The translations under genes and the position numbers were made by a program. A DNA stretch of 63,973 bases, the filler included, from Octopus bimaculoides (taxonomy: Eukaryota): assembly GCF_001194135.2 (NCBI RefSeq). It is 8 parts of 7 records of this genome, joined end to end, with 100 filler letters (N's around TTAATTAATTAA, not from the genome) between each part and the next. Parts side by side here need not be neighbours in the genome. Positions count along the whole stretch, not along the records: positions 1 to 13,641 come from NC_068981.1; positions 13,742 to 28,022 come from NC_068988.1; 6 more parts are not named here. The stretch is one strand, 5' to 3'. This document shows positions 12,830-24,240 of the stretch, piece by piece. Position 1 is the stretch's first letter, and every line of letters starts with the position of its first letter. The notes under the pieces are model-generated. The model worked only from the letters and a program-made list of their open reading frames with translations. It searched no databases and was not told the origin of the DNA.

Positions 12830-13240
12830 CCCATGAGGAACCATTTACGACGAACGAAACACCTTATCCGTATGGAAGATAAATATATTCCTAAACAAAT
12901 TCTCTGGGGTGGACTGGCAGAGAGAAGCCGCAAGAATAGCAAACTACGGAAAGTATTCAGAAATAACATGAAATTTTACTTTGGGCAAATCAATGTTCCA
13001 TGTAAATAGATTGTAAACTTTGCAACAGAGAGAAAATTATGGCGGGAAACTATCTGGAAATGTTTGCGAGTATTTGAGAGCAAACGAATTGAACAGTGGG
13101 AACTGAAAAGAAAACTGCTTAAAGGAAAATTTGCCAACAGATCAGGACAGAACTCAGATCAGTGCAAGGTATGTGGTACAATCTGCCTCTCCAAAGGTGG
13201 TCTACAATCTCATTTAGGATCACAGGAGGATAACATTAAG
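12830..13240 (+). mobile_element. RTE-clade (BovB-like) LINE 3' end, degenerate
   Basis: HLIRMEDKYIPKQILWGGL...RKVFRNNMK, then FESKRIEQWELKRK and CKVCGTICLSKGGLQSHLGS: the post-RT segment and terminal C2H2-like finger typical of RTE-BovB ORFs. Stops and frameshifts present. Confidence 0.8.
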
Positions 13241-13404
13241 CCTCGACACAATCATTTTTTGCAGGAAAATACTCTTCAGTGTCATCTAAACATGGACATA
13301 AGGCGCAACGAAATAACAGATTAAGAACGGAGACACGTTTCCAATATTTATGGAAAGTTTGTTAACAGAGTTTCTGGGCCCGAAGAATTTTCTTTTCACA
13401 CTAA

Positions 13405-13540
13405 AGGTATATTCTTTTCTACTCTAGGTACAAGGCCCGACATTTTGGGGGAGGGGGCCAGTTGATTAGATCGACCCCAGTACAGAACTGGTACTTAATT
13501 TGTCGACCCGTAAAGGATGAAAGGCAAAGTTGACCACGGC
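13405..13540 (-). mobile_element. tRNA-derived SINE family A, partial
   Basis: ctactctaggtacaaggcccgac...tcgaccccagtacagaactggtacttaatttgtcgacccgtaaaggatgaaaggcaaagttgacc; matches the copies at 14812 and 59267. Confidence 0.85.
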
Positions 13541-13572
13541 GGAAATTACACTCAGAACTTCAAGTGTGCCTG

Positions 13573-13641
<69 letters not shown>

Positions 13642-13741
13642 NNNNNNNNNNNNNNNNNNNNNNNNNNNNNNNNNNNNNNNNNNNNTTAATTAATTAANNN
13701 NNNNNNNNNNNNNNNNNNNNNNNNNNNNNNNNNNNNNNNNN
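13642..13741. other. Artificial join spacer (44 N + TTAATTAATTAA + 44 N)
   Basis: Linker at 13686-13697 gives stops in all six frames; identical format seven times in the window. Confidence 0.9.
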
Positions 13742-14502
13742 ATATATATATATATATATAATGTATGTATAGATGTATGTATGTGTGTATGTGTGTCTCC
13801 TTCATTCTCTAATTCACTACTCCCTCTTTCATTTTCTAAAGCTCCTCGCTTCTTCTCCCTCCTGCACGCATGCAAACAGCAAAACTGTTTTGTTTTTTTG
13901 CTACAAAAGGAAGCCTAGTTGATTTTAATCTATTTGCCTCTCATGCAAGCCCCTCCACCCACCTCACATATCCAACCGCATTCACATTTCTGTTTGTTTC
14001 TCTATTACATGCGTTGCTTTCCGTCATTAGCGAAAACTGTTAGAGCGGAACACACACATACACACACAACACAAATTGTACTGGTGGTGTAAATATCACG
14101 GCAGATGATTTTTTCCCCCACTTTATTATTCCATAGCTCCATCTTCATGTATATATATAATATATTTATTTTTTTCTAAGCAACTACCACCTTGTCTCTG
14201 CCAACTATTTTATTTTTCCAGTACACGATAAATACACGGTATGATTGATTGATTGGTGTATTATTTATGTAAACACACGAACGTTTAAACGACAGAGGAA
14301 GTAGATAGATTAAGTGGCGTTCATTCGTTGTTCAAGAACAATAATTAAAACTTGAAAGTGAAACAAGCCTGCAGGTTCGAATGCTAGACAGAGTTGCTTG
14401 TCTCTGTTCCCTAGCGATTAAATTAGTGCTAATATTTTGGTAATCTTATTGAAACCGTTCATTTTTCAAAACAACCTTGAATTCTTGTACAATCATGCTA
14501 AG

Positions 14503-14800
14503 GCTGTGTGGTGAAGAGGCTCGATTTGAAATCTCGTGCTCATGAGTTCGGTCTAACCACGCGGCAAGTACCTTCTGGTATTGCGCGGGCCGACCAGTGA
14601 CTTGCAAGTGAATTTTTTGATAGCTGGAAGCCGTATTGAGCCCCATCGTGTGAGTGTATGTATGTGTGTGTGTGTATACTTGCATACATTCATATATGCA
14701 TATATATATATGTGCATGTATGCATGTGTATGTGTCTTTGTGTTGGTTTATTTACGTCTCTGTAAATTAGCTGTTCGGCAAAAGAGGCCAATGACTACAA
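14503..14800 (+). mobile_element. tRNA-derived SINE family B with internal microsatellite, degenerate
   Basis: Head ggctgtgtggtgaagagg...gagttcggt, body gggccgacca...agccc, TG/TA tract, then tttacgtctctgtaaattagctgttcggcaaaagag; collinear with copies at 25820, 39158 and 43818. Confidence 0.65.
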
Positions 14801-14811
14801 GACTCAAATAT

Positions 14812-15025
14812 ATTTTTTCCTACACTAGGCGCAAGGCCCGAAAGTTTTCGGGAGGGGCCCAGTCGATTACATTGACCCCAGTACGCAACTGGTACTTAAT
14901 TTATCGACAGCGAAAGGATGCAAGGCAAAGTCGACCTCGGCGGAATTTGAACTCAGAACGTAAAGACAGACGAAATACCGTAAGTATTTCGCCCGTCGTG
15001 CTAACGTTTCTACCAGCTCGCCGCC
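14812..15025 (-). mobile_element. tRNA-derived SINE family A, near full length
   Basis: Minus strand reads ggcggcgagctggtagaaacgttagcacg (A-box-like)...gagttcaaattccgcc (B-box-like)...tcgataaattaagtaccagttgcgtactggggtc...gggccttgcgcctagtgtagg. Confidence 0.9.
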
Positions 15026-15286
15026 AACAGCTTTAAATATGTTAAACAACGAACATTGCACAAATGTTGCGTGTACAGTTACAGATTCTTAAAACTTAAA
15101 TTTTGGAACCAGTTTCTCATGTTATCTAATTTTTGTGACATTAATTCATTCCTTAACTTAGTTTTGTAAAATATGTTAAGTCACTTTAATTTTGTACCGG
15201 AAATGAACGACGTCTCATTTTCATTTTAAATGTACGGCTTCATCAAGATTACTAACATATTTAATGCATTGAATATGCTTTCTACA

Positions 15287-15335
15287 TTTTACTTGTTTCG
15301 GACATTGGACTGCGGCCAAGCCGGTGCACCAACTT
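15287..15335 (-). mobile_element. SINE family B 3' tail fragment
   Basis: ttttacttgtttcggacattggactgcggccaagccggtgcacc matches the family tail ttttacttgtttcagtcatttgactgtggccatgctggagcacc. Confidence 0.7.
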
Positions 15336-15377
15336 GAAATGCTTATATATATATATGTGTGTGTGTGTGTGTATATA

Positions 15378-15568
15378 CGAAGGTGTGCTAAAAAGCTTCT
15401 GACTTTAACGTTATCGCGAAAGGTCTAGTTGAAGCCCTAAGCGCTTAGACAAACTGAAGGGCCGCTGCACTGAGTGTGTGGATCTGAGAGGAAAGTATAT
15501 TAGATAAAATCATAATTAATTAACTCTCCTGTATTTTCTTTTACTCAAAGCCAGAAACTTTTCAACAC
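15378..15568 (+). mobile_element. Mariner deletion derivative (MITE-like, about 200 bp)
   Basis: TA|cgaaggtgtgctaaaaagcttctgacttt at the left end and aaagccagaaacttttcaacac(N gap) at the right end are inverted copies. The interior encodes DKLKGRCTECVDLRGKYIR*, like the mariner C-terminal L..RW.KCV...G.Y.E. Confidence 0.8.
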
Positions 15569-16097
15569 NNNNNNNNNNNNNNNNNNNNNNNNNNNNNNNN
15601 NNNNNNNNNNNNNNNNNNNNNNNNNNNNNNNNNNNNNNNNNNNNNNNNNNNNNNNNNNNNNNNNNNNNNNNNNNNNNNNNNNNNNNNNNNNNNTATATAT
15701 ATATATATTTGTGTGCTCACACACTCTCACACACATGAATGATAAACAAGTTTATATCATTAGTGACCTGTTGTCTATAACATAATACAATAAAGTGTTC
15801 CCTTGATAATCTGCTGTAGTTAATCATACATCTGCTCTTAGAACATCCAGTTCAGATATATCGTAAATATCATAACCAGAAATATCACTTAGTACGAACT
15901 TAACCACAAGACTGGAAGCAAACAGCGTGATGATAACCAGCGGTCGTACATCTAACTGTATGTATGTATGTATGTATGTATGTATGTATGTATCTGTCTG
16001 TCTGTCTGTCTGTCTACCCGTCAGTCTGTTTATCTCTATATCTATATCTATCTATCTCTATCTCTTTCTGTCAGTCCTCTCTTTTTCTATCTATCTT

Positions 16098-16160
<63 letters not shown>

Positions 16161-16199
16161 GCACACGTATATGAATATGTATGCAAATTCATGTATATA

Positions 16200-16400
16200 T
16201 AAGAATATATATAGTGAGAATTTACAAAAAGAACAACAAAAGACGAAGACGAGTGTGTAAACAACAAACAGTTGTATTAGTTTAACGCTCGGGAAGTGAG
16301 AAAGTCTTTTACGTTTCGAGCCTACGCTCTTCAAAAGAAAAGGAGACAAAATAAACAGGGAGAGAAAATAGAAAATAGAAAAAGGTTTAGTGGCTAACGA
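16200..16400 (-). mobile_element. Penelope-like (pLTR-type) repeat, copy 1
   Basis: caacaaaagacgaagac...caaacagttgtattagtttaacgctcgg...ttttacgtttcgagcctacgctcttc; the minus strand carries GAAGAGCGTAGGCTCGAAACGT, a PLE/hammerhead-type motif. PLE assignment is inference. Confidence 0.55.
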
Positions 16401-16619
16401 GAATGCTGCACAGAGGGGTCACACAGGAGAGCTAGGAAGAAGGGGACGAACTTTTCATGGATTTTCTACACCATCTACACTGGACTATTCTACCTGGATT
16501 CTCTACCTGGACTTTCTACTCTCGTACACTTCAGCTGCCCATGGATTACACTGGACTCTTCTGCAGATAGATATATATCCACACATCTCTCTCTCTTTCT
16601 CTGTCTGTCTGTCTGTCTA

Positions 16620-16681
<62 letters not shown>

Positions 16682-16757
16682 NNNNNNNNNNNNNNNNNNN
16701 NNNNNNNNNNNNNNNNNNNNNNNNNNNNNNNNNNNNNNNNNNNNNNNNNNNNNNNNN

Positions 16758-16799
<42 letters not shown>

Positions 16800-16800
<1 letters not shown>

Positions 16801-17000
16801 AAGGAGAATTCACATAAAAACAAAACAAAAAAAAGACAACAAAAGACGAAGACAGGTGGTGTGAAAAACAAACAGATGTATTAGTATAACGCTCGAGAAT
16901 TGAAACAATCTTTAACGTTTCGAGCCTACGCTCTTCTATAGAAAGGAACACAGAAAGAAACAAGGGGAGAAACAAGCAGAGAAAAAATGTGTGTAGTGGT
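16800..17000 (-). mobile_element. Penelope-like (pLTR-type) repeat, copy 2
   Basis: Direct, diverged repeat of 16200-16400 with the identical core acgtttcgagcctacgctcttc. Confidence 0.55.
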
Positions 17001-17046
17001 TAGCAATCTATCATGGCGAATATATATATATATATATATATATATA

Positions 17047-17128
17047 GTGTAGTATATTGCCACTTAAGTGTGGCTGACCCCTAGGGGTGGATAGGGGTCA
17101 GCCACACTTAAGTGGCAATATAATACAC
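17047..17128. repeat. Near-perfect 82-bp inverted repeat (palindromic MITE or hairpin)
   Basis: 17053-17083 tatattgccacttaagtgtggctgaccccta is the exact reverse complement of 17092-17122, with an 8-nt loop ggggtgga; 5 more pairs (gtgta/tacac) follow one mismatch. Confidence 0.95.
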
Positions 17129-17797
17129 CTTATCGTGCAGTTACTGTTAATACTTCATTTAGAGAATTAACATTGCTTATATATATATATATACACACAC
17201 ACAAATAATTAATATAAGCAGCTAGGCGCAATGTGATCCCCATAAAGGATATATATCTACATGTCTATCCTTCCATCTGCTTACCTACTTACATATCAAC
17301 CTGCCTATCTACCTACCATCCTATTTAGCTACCTGCGTACATTGTTAAGTACGTATCCATCCATCCATCCATCCATCCATCCATCCATCGAACCACATGC
17401 AGTGAACAATTCCTCAGACGTTGATAGACGTTCTTCGTTGAAAAATGACTCTGCATGTTGCAAATACGTGCCGAGTGTCAGTGTTTTGATGAATTTTACT
17501 GCAAGACTTGTTGTGAGAGATGACTGCATGTCAGTACATGCACTCATCCTAAAATAAGGTTGCTGAGTGCAATAGTTGCACATGCTTAAAATGCAAATGT
17601 GTCTTGATGTTTCTCTTTCTATTGTATTGTGTATTTCTTATTTAAAGAATGCAACTTCTTCACGAGAGAGTTTGTTGAATGACATTTTAGTTTTACTGCT
17701 GACGCATCTCACACGTACACACGTATGCACACACATACAAACATGCACACATACGCGCACGCACGCACACATACACCTTCATTTTCCCACTCTTTCT

Positions 17798-17833
<36 letters not shown>

Positions 17834-18549
17834 ATCCCTTTCACTAACGTTCATATGCATAGATAGACACACGCATACACGAACACAGAGTGTAAACCCA
17901 CACATACGCCCACATACCACACAAGCAATTACACAGTAACAAACGCACTCACATCACATATGTGCACATGTACACCCTATGTATGTATGTATATATATNN
18001 NNNNNNNNNNNNNNNNNNNNNNNNNNNNNNNNNNNNNNNNNNNNNNNNNNNNNNNNNNNNNNNNNNNNNNNNNNNNNNNNNNNNNNNNNNNNNNNNNNNN
18101 NNNNNNNNNNNNNNNNNNNNNNNNNNNNNNNNNNNNNNNNNNNNNNNNNNNNNNNNNNNNNNNNNNNNNNNNNNNNNNNNNNNNNNNNNNNNNNNNNNNN
18201 NNNNNNNNNNNNNNNNNNNNNNNNNNNNNNNNNNNNNNNNNNNNNNNNNNNNNNNNNNNNNNNNNNNNNNNNNNNNNNNNNNNNNNNNNNNNNNNNNNNN
18301 NNNNNNNNNNNNNNNNNNNNNNNNNNNNNNNNNNNNNNNNNNNNNNNNNNNNNNNNNNNNNNNNNNNNNNNNNNNNNNNNNNNNNNNNNNNNNNNNNNNN
18401 NNNNNNNNNNNNNNNNNNNNNNNNNNNNNNNNNNNNNNNNNNNNNNNNNNNNNNNNNNNNNCACCTAATTATTAAAGTGGAAAAATTATCAGAAAAGCCA
18501 TTTCTATTAATTTTTTTCATACACTTACATAAATACATGCATACACACA

Positions 18550-18580
<31 letters not shown>

Positions 18581-18747
18581 GTATATGTATATATATATAT
18601 ATATCTATACATATATATGGACAAATATACTGACATACATATTTAGTTTCCTATAATTTTTATACATCCTTTCTCTCTCACAGTCACACATACACTTCTA
18701 CATACAGAGAATGACACAATGCAAACATGCTATAGGTATTGCATAAA

Positions 18748-18779
<32 letters not shown>

Positions 18780-18823
18780 NNNNNNNNNNTATATATATGC
18801 ATATACTCATTTATTATTTGTAT

Positions 18824-18857
<34 letters not shown>

Positions 18858-19249
18858 TATGGTATCAAAAACTTAGACTGGTCCGCATATACCTGCATAT
18901 ATTAAATCTTAGTAAAAAGACACAGACATATGCACGCACCTGTGCAATGGCACATAAGTACTCACGTATACTCGCGTCGTATATTAATACACACGCTTGC
19001 TGATGCTGTTTTGCATATGCAGATTTACAAGGCATATCTAAAACCATTTACGTGCGCAAACGAAAACATTTATGAACGCAAAATTAATAATCAATACATA
19101 CAGCAGTTCACAATACCAAGAGAAAACTTACATACATACATTCATACATACATACATACATACATACATACATACATACGTACATACATACATGCATACA
19201 TACATGTTTGTGCGTCTGTATATGTGCAGACACATGTATTTACATATAT

Positions 19250-19464
19250 ACTCTTTATTCTTTTACTTGTTTCAGTCATTTGACTGTGGCCATGCTGGAG
19301 CACCGCCTTTAGTCGAGCAAATCGACCCGAGGACTTATTCTTTGTAAGTCTAGTACTTATTCTATCGATCTCTTTTTGCCGAACCGCTAAATTACGGGGA
19401 CGTAAACACACCAGCATCGGTTGTCAAGTGACGTTGGGGGACAAACACAGACACACAAACATAT

Positions 19465-19508
<44 letters not shown>

Positions 19509-19698
19509 ATATGTTTGTGTGTCTGTGTTTGTCCCCCAACGTCACTTGACAACCGATGCTGGTGTGTTTACGTCCCCGTAATTTAGCGGTTCGGCAAAAA
19601 GAGATCGATAGAATAAGTACTAGACTTACAAAGAATAAGTCCTCGGGTCGATTTGCTCGACTAAAGGCGGTGCTCCAGCATGGCCACAGTCAAATGAC
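19250..19698. repeat. SINE family B 3' half as a perfect 424-bp palindrome (19275-19698) centred on (AT)n
   Basis: Arms are exact reverse complements (the ORF track gives an identical peptide on both strands); the right arm runs into an N gap. Confidence 0.9.
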
Positions 19699-20117
19699 NN
19701 NNNNNNNNNNNNNNNNNNNNNNNNNNNNNNNNNNNNNNNNNNNNNNNNNNNNNNNNNNNNNNNNNNNNNNNNNNNNNNNNNNNNNNNNNNNNNNNNNNNN
19801 NNNNNNNNNNNNNNNNNNNNNNNNNNNNNNNNNNNNNNNNNNNNNNNNNNNNNNNNNNNNNNNNNNNNNNNNNNNNNNNNNNNNNNNNNNNNNNNNNNNN
19901 NNNNNNNNNNNNNNNNNNNNNNNNNNNNNNNNNNNNNNNNNNNNNNNNNNNNNNNNNNNNNNNNNNNNNNNNNNNNNNNNNNNNNNNNNNNNNNNNNNNN
20001 NNNNNNNNNNNNNNNNNNNNNNNNNNNNNNNNNNNNNNNNNNNNNNNNNNNNNNNNNNNNNNNNNNNNNNNNNNNNNNNNNNNNNNNNNNNNNNNNNNNN
20101 NNNNNNNNNNNNNNNNC

Positions 20118-20205
20118 GACCCCGGCGGAATTTGAACTCAGAACGTAGACACTGGCGAAATGCCGCTTAGCATTTTGCCCGGTGTGCTAATGATTCTGGC
20201 AGCTT
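20118..20205 (-). mobile_element. SINE family A, tRNA-like head
   Basis: cgaccccggcggaatttgaactcagaacgta...gcattttgcccggtgtgctaatgattctggcagct. Confidence 0.8.
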
Positions 20206-21340
20206 ACTTTATATATTACATTGAGGTTAAGGGATACGTGCATGAATTATGCGTAAATAGAAATAAAAAAGTGAGTGTGTGAGCGTGTATGAAGAGAGAA
20301 CAAAAGAGAGGTTATAAAATTATCATTCATTATCATCATTAAGACATACTTATTGTTGGTTACTTGGTCACATAATAAATTTTACGCAAGATATCATAGA
20401 ATAATGAATATGCTTTGGCAGTCATCAATTGATAGTTAAACACTAATATTGTCATTAATAACATATAATTCTAGCAAATATACAGACGAGAAATTCTGTT
20501 TATATCATTGTAATATCTATCTGCTTGTTCAACTGTCTGACAGTCTCTTAATCTAGCTAACTTTTTATCTCCGGGTATATATTTTCTTACGACTAAATAA
20601 TTACATAATTTGCGATATATGCATGTATACTGTCTGGTATAAAAAGCAAATAAACGTACCTACATAAAAATGTGTATACACTCGAGCAGATATATGCACA
20701 TTGAAACAATACATACACATCTACTTATATATGGCTAGTCTATATATGTGTACATGTGTACGTACATATGTATGTATGTGTATGTATGTATGTGTGTGTA
20801 TATGTATATATGTATACCTATACATACACATGTACTTATATATGGCTCGTCAATATATGTGTCTATGTATACGTATGTACGTATGTATGTATGTGCGTGT
20901 GTATATGTATATATATGTATGTACGTGTGTATATTTAAGTACACTTAAATATATGTGTGACTGACTGCATTTAAATAAGTATGTACATATATGTGTATAT
21001 ATATATTCATTTGTAAGCCTAGTTTTCTTGATATAGATAAAGAAGAAATGAATGATAGAAGTGTTTTATTACAAATTATAGTTTTAGAATATATAAAATG
21101 TAATATAAAAATATAATACATTACATAATATAAAGTTACTTTATATTCTTTAATTATTTTTAGAAAACCAATGATCTTAAAGACTCTCACTTTTAACTAT
21201 AAATACCATTATTTGAAGTTCATAAATGAAACATTTGAAACGAATGAATTTCTCTTAATATTTAATGTAATAATCTTGCCTTGCAGCCTTTATCTAAGAA
21301 TGATTTCTAGTCGATAAGTAACCTTTTAAATGTAAGCATT

Positions 21341-21382
<42 letters not shown>

Positions 21383-21443
21383 GGAGAGAGAGAGTGTGCT
21401 GAAGTGTGTGTACATGTGTTTGTGGTTGAGTGTGTGTGGTTGA

Positions 21444-21483
<40 letters not shown>

Positions 21484-21769
21484 ATACAAGCTTAGAGTGA
21501 GCACGTTTACTTCAATTGCACCTTCTACTTCCATTTGGTTCTTCTTCTTTCCTCTGCTCTTTCTACTCACGTTTTAAGAAGGACAATGACCGGAAAGTCG
21601 TTTTAATTAAATTTTTCCATTGCTCCGAGCTTCAAANNNNNNNNNNNNNNNNNNNNNNNNNNNNNNNNNNNNNNNNNNNNNNNNNNNNNNNNNNNNNNNN
21701 NNNNNNNNNNNNNNNNNNNNNNNNNNNNNNNNNNNNNNNNNNNNNNNNNNNNNNNNNNNNNNNNNNNNN

Positions 21770-21807
<38 letters not shown>

Positions 21808-22011
21808 TATTTATTTATACACATATGAAGATTGCTGTAGCATCGATTATGTAATTAACATGGGTTACAAAACAGCTGTCAACTAATGGAATAAACATCT
21901 ATTCTCTCACTTCACTTCTCTTCTCTGATCAATGATTATATATACTTTTCACCGTTGTGATTCCTGGATTTTCAGAACGACGCCGAGGTTACATCCCAGC
22001 CTGAACCACGG

Positions 22012-22138
22012 TCTTTCTTATTTCTTTATTGCCCACAAGGGGCTAAACATAGAGGGGACAAAAAAGGACAGACAAAGGGATTAAGTCGATTAGATCGACC
22101 CCAGTGCGTAACTGGTACTTAATTTACCGACCCCGAAA
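22012..22138 (-). mobile_element. SINE family A variant with a different 3' tail, truncated
   Basis: Shares tcgattagatcgaccccagtgcgtaactggtacttaattt with family A, but the tail is tttctttattgcccacaaggggctaaacatagagggg. Confidence 0.75.
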
Positions 22139-22519
22139 ACCACGGCCTTTCTTGATAGCCACTCACCAGTCGGGTAGCTTACTGTGAGCTCTGTTTGATT
22201 GCTTGCATCCATATTCTTGTCTTATATATATACAGTCAGTGACGGATAGATGGATAGATGTTTCAATGTATTTGTGGCTCTGTGGTTTGGTATGGCAGTA
22301 AGAAGGAAGGGGTGTAGATAAATGGAGGGAGGGATGGTTGGATGAAGCTGAGTAAGAGAATGGATGGGTAGATGTATAGTGGGGTGAAAAGTTATATAGA
22401 TGGATAGATGAAAGACGAATTGAATGGGTGGATGGATTTGTGTGTAGACAGTCAAGTAGATAGATGGATTGATACATGGATCATTCGGCAGACAGATCAT
22501 TAGGTACGTAGGCCGGTAG

Positions 22520-22528
22520 GTATATAGT

Positions 22529-22595
<67 letters not shown>

Positions 22596-23090
22596 GGTGG
22601 TGGTGTTTGGGAAGGCAGGTACTTGAAACGAGATGAAGTTTGAGCGAGAATGTTAGGGAATGCAGATACATACACACATGCACGTAGAAATATTTATATA
22701 AAAATCGAGAGAAAGAGAAAGAGAGAGAGGGAGAGAGAGGGAGAGAGAGAGAATGTCTGTGAGAGAGAGAGAGACAGAGAGGAAAGTGGAGAGACTGAAT
22801 AAAGGAAAAGAGAAAAGGAGGAGAGAGTGATAGAAAGGAAATGAGAAACATCAAAAGACAGGAGCGAGTAAAGGAGAAAGCTTACGAGAAAGCGAAAATG
22901 AGAAATGAAAACACAGTGAATGAGAGAGAAGGAGGGGGAGAGAAGCAGGCAGAGAGACAAAGAGAGAGAGAGAGAGAAGCACAGAGAGAGAAGTACAGAG
23001 AGACAAAGAGAGAGAGAGAGGTACAGAGAGAGAGGCAGAGAGAGATAGAGAGAGATAGGTACAAAGATGAGAGAGAGAGAGAACTGTAGG
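22520..23090. repeat. GA-rich polypurine low-complexity tract
   Basis: (GA)n/(GAAA)n mosaic, directly visible. Confidence 0.9.
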
Positions 23091-24107
23091 GGTGAGAGGT
23101 GAAAACAATTGTCAATGATTAGGAGTGTCGAAAATTGTGAAAGCAAAATAAAAGACCAAAAATTGGTTTGGTTCTTCCAATTGGTGAAAAGCCGCCGAAA
23201 AACTACATCAAGATGAGACCTGATGAAAAGCTGCAATACTCCTACTGAATAACAAACGTTTAAAGAATTGCCATGACTGTAACTTCCGCTTCGATTGAAA
23301 TACAGAAATAAAAATATTCTTTTATCAATCAAACCCTTTCACAGAAAAATTAATTTTAAAAGAATCTATTGATTTGCTGATTTTTTTTTTAAACCATAAA
23401 AATTGATCTTCGTTTTGACGTTTTGCCATTTTTAGTTTAATTCTGTTAATTTTTTTTTTGTTATTTTTTTTTACCTCTTCCCTCTTCATTCCACATTCCC
23501 TAACACACGTACAGACTTCTGCCCCCCCCCCCGCTACCTTCCTACTACTTCTTCTTCCTTGTAATCATTCTCTCTCTGTCCTCCTACCTTCTTTATTTCA
23601 ATCACTTCCAAGTTGTTGCTAATCCTCTCACCTCCCTCTCTGCTACTCAAATTAATTTGCTTTGCGCACCCACCCAATTCTTGCCTTTGTATATACCCTT
23701 CCTGCTTTTGAAATATACCTGCTCGCTTTTGTGTACACCCTGTTCGCTTTTGTATATACGATCCCTTCTTTTGTATCTGCTCGTTGCTTTTGTACAGTTC
23801 TCTTATGAATTATGTATACTCTATTGCATATCTATACACATTTCTCGCTTTTATATATCGTCTAATAGATTTTCGCATCTACATGTATTCTATATATACC
23901 CTTCGAGATTTTATATATATATATATATATACACCCATGCTATACATATATATCGCCCTTACTTTATATACCACTCTAGCTTCGGATACAGTCCTTTTGT
24001 TTTACATATATTGCATGTATGATATATTACGCAGTTGTGCATTTGTATATGTATGTATGTGTGTCCGTATGTGTGCATATACATATGTATACATGCATAC
24101 ATATACG

Positions 24108-24165
<58 letters not shown>

Positions 24166-24194
24166 CATCCATCCATCCATCCATCCATCCATCC

Positions 24195-24240
<46 letters not shown>
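24108..24240. repeat. (ATCT)n(ATCC)n(ATCT)n microsatellite
   Basis: Directly visible. Confidence 0.95.

Noticed and set aside
14812-15025. tRNA-like A/B boxes here and in other copies
   Set aside because: SINE heads; no cloverleaf, and they continue into SINE body sequence.
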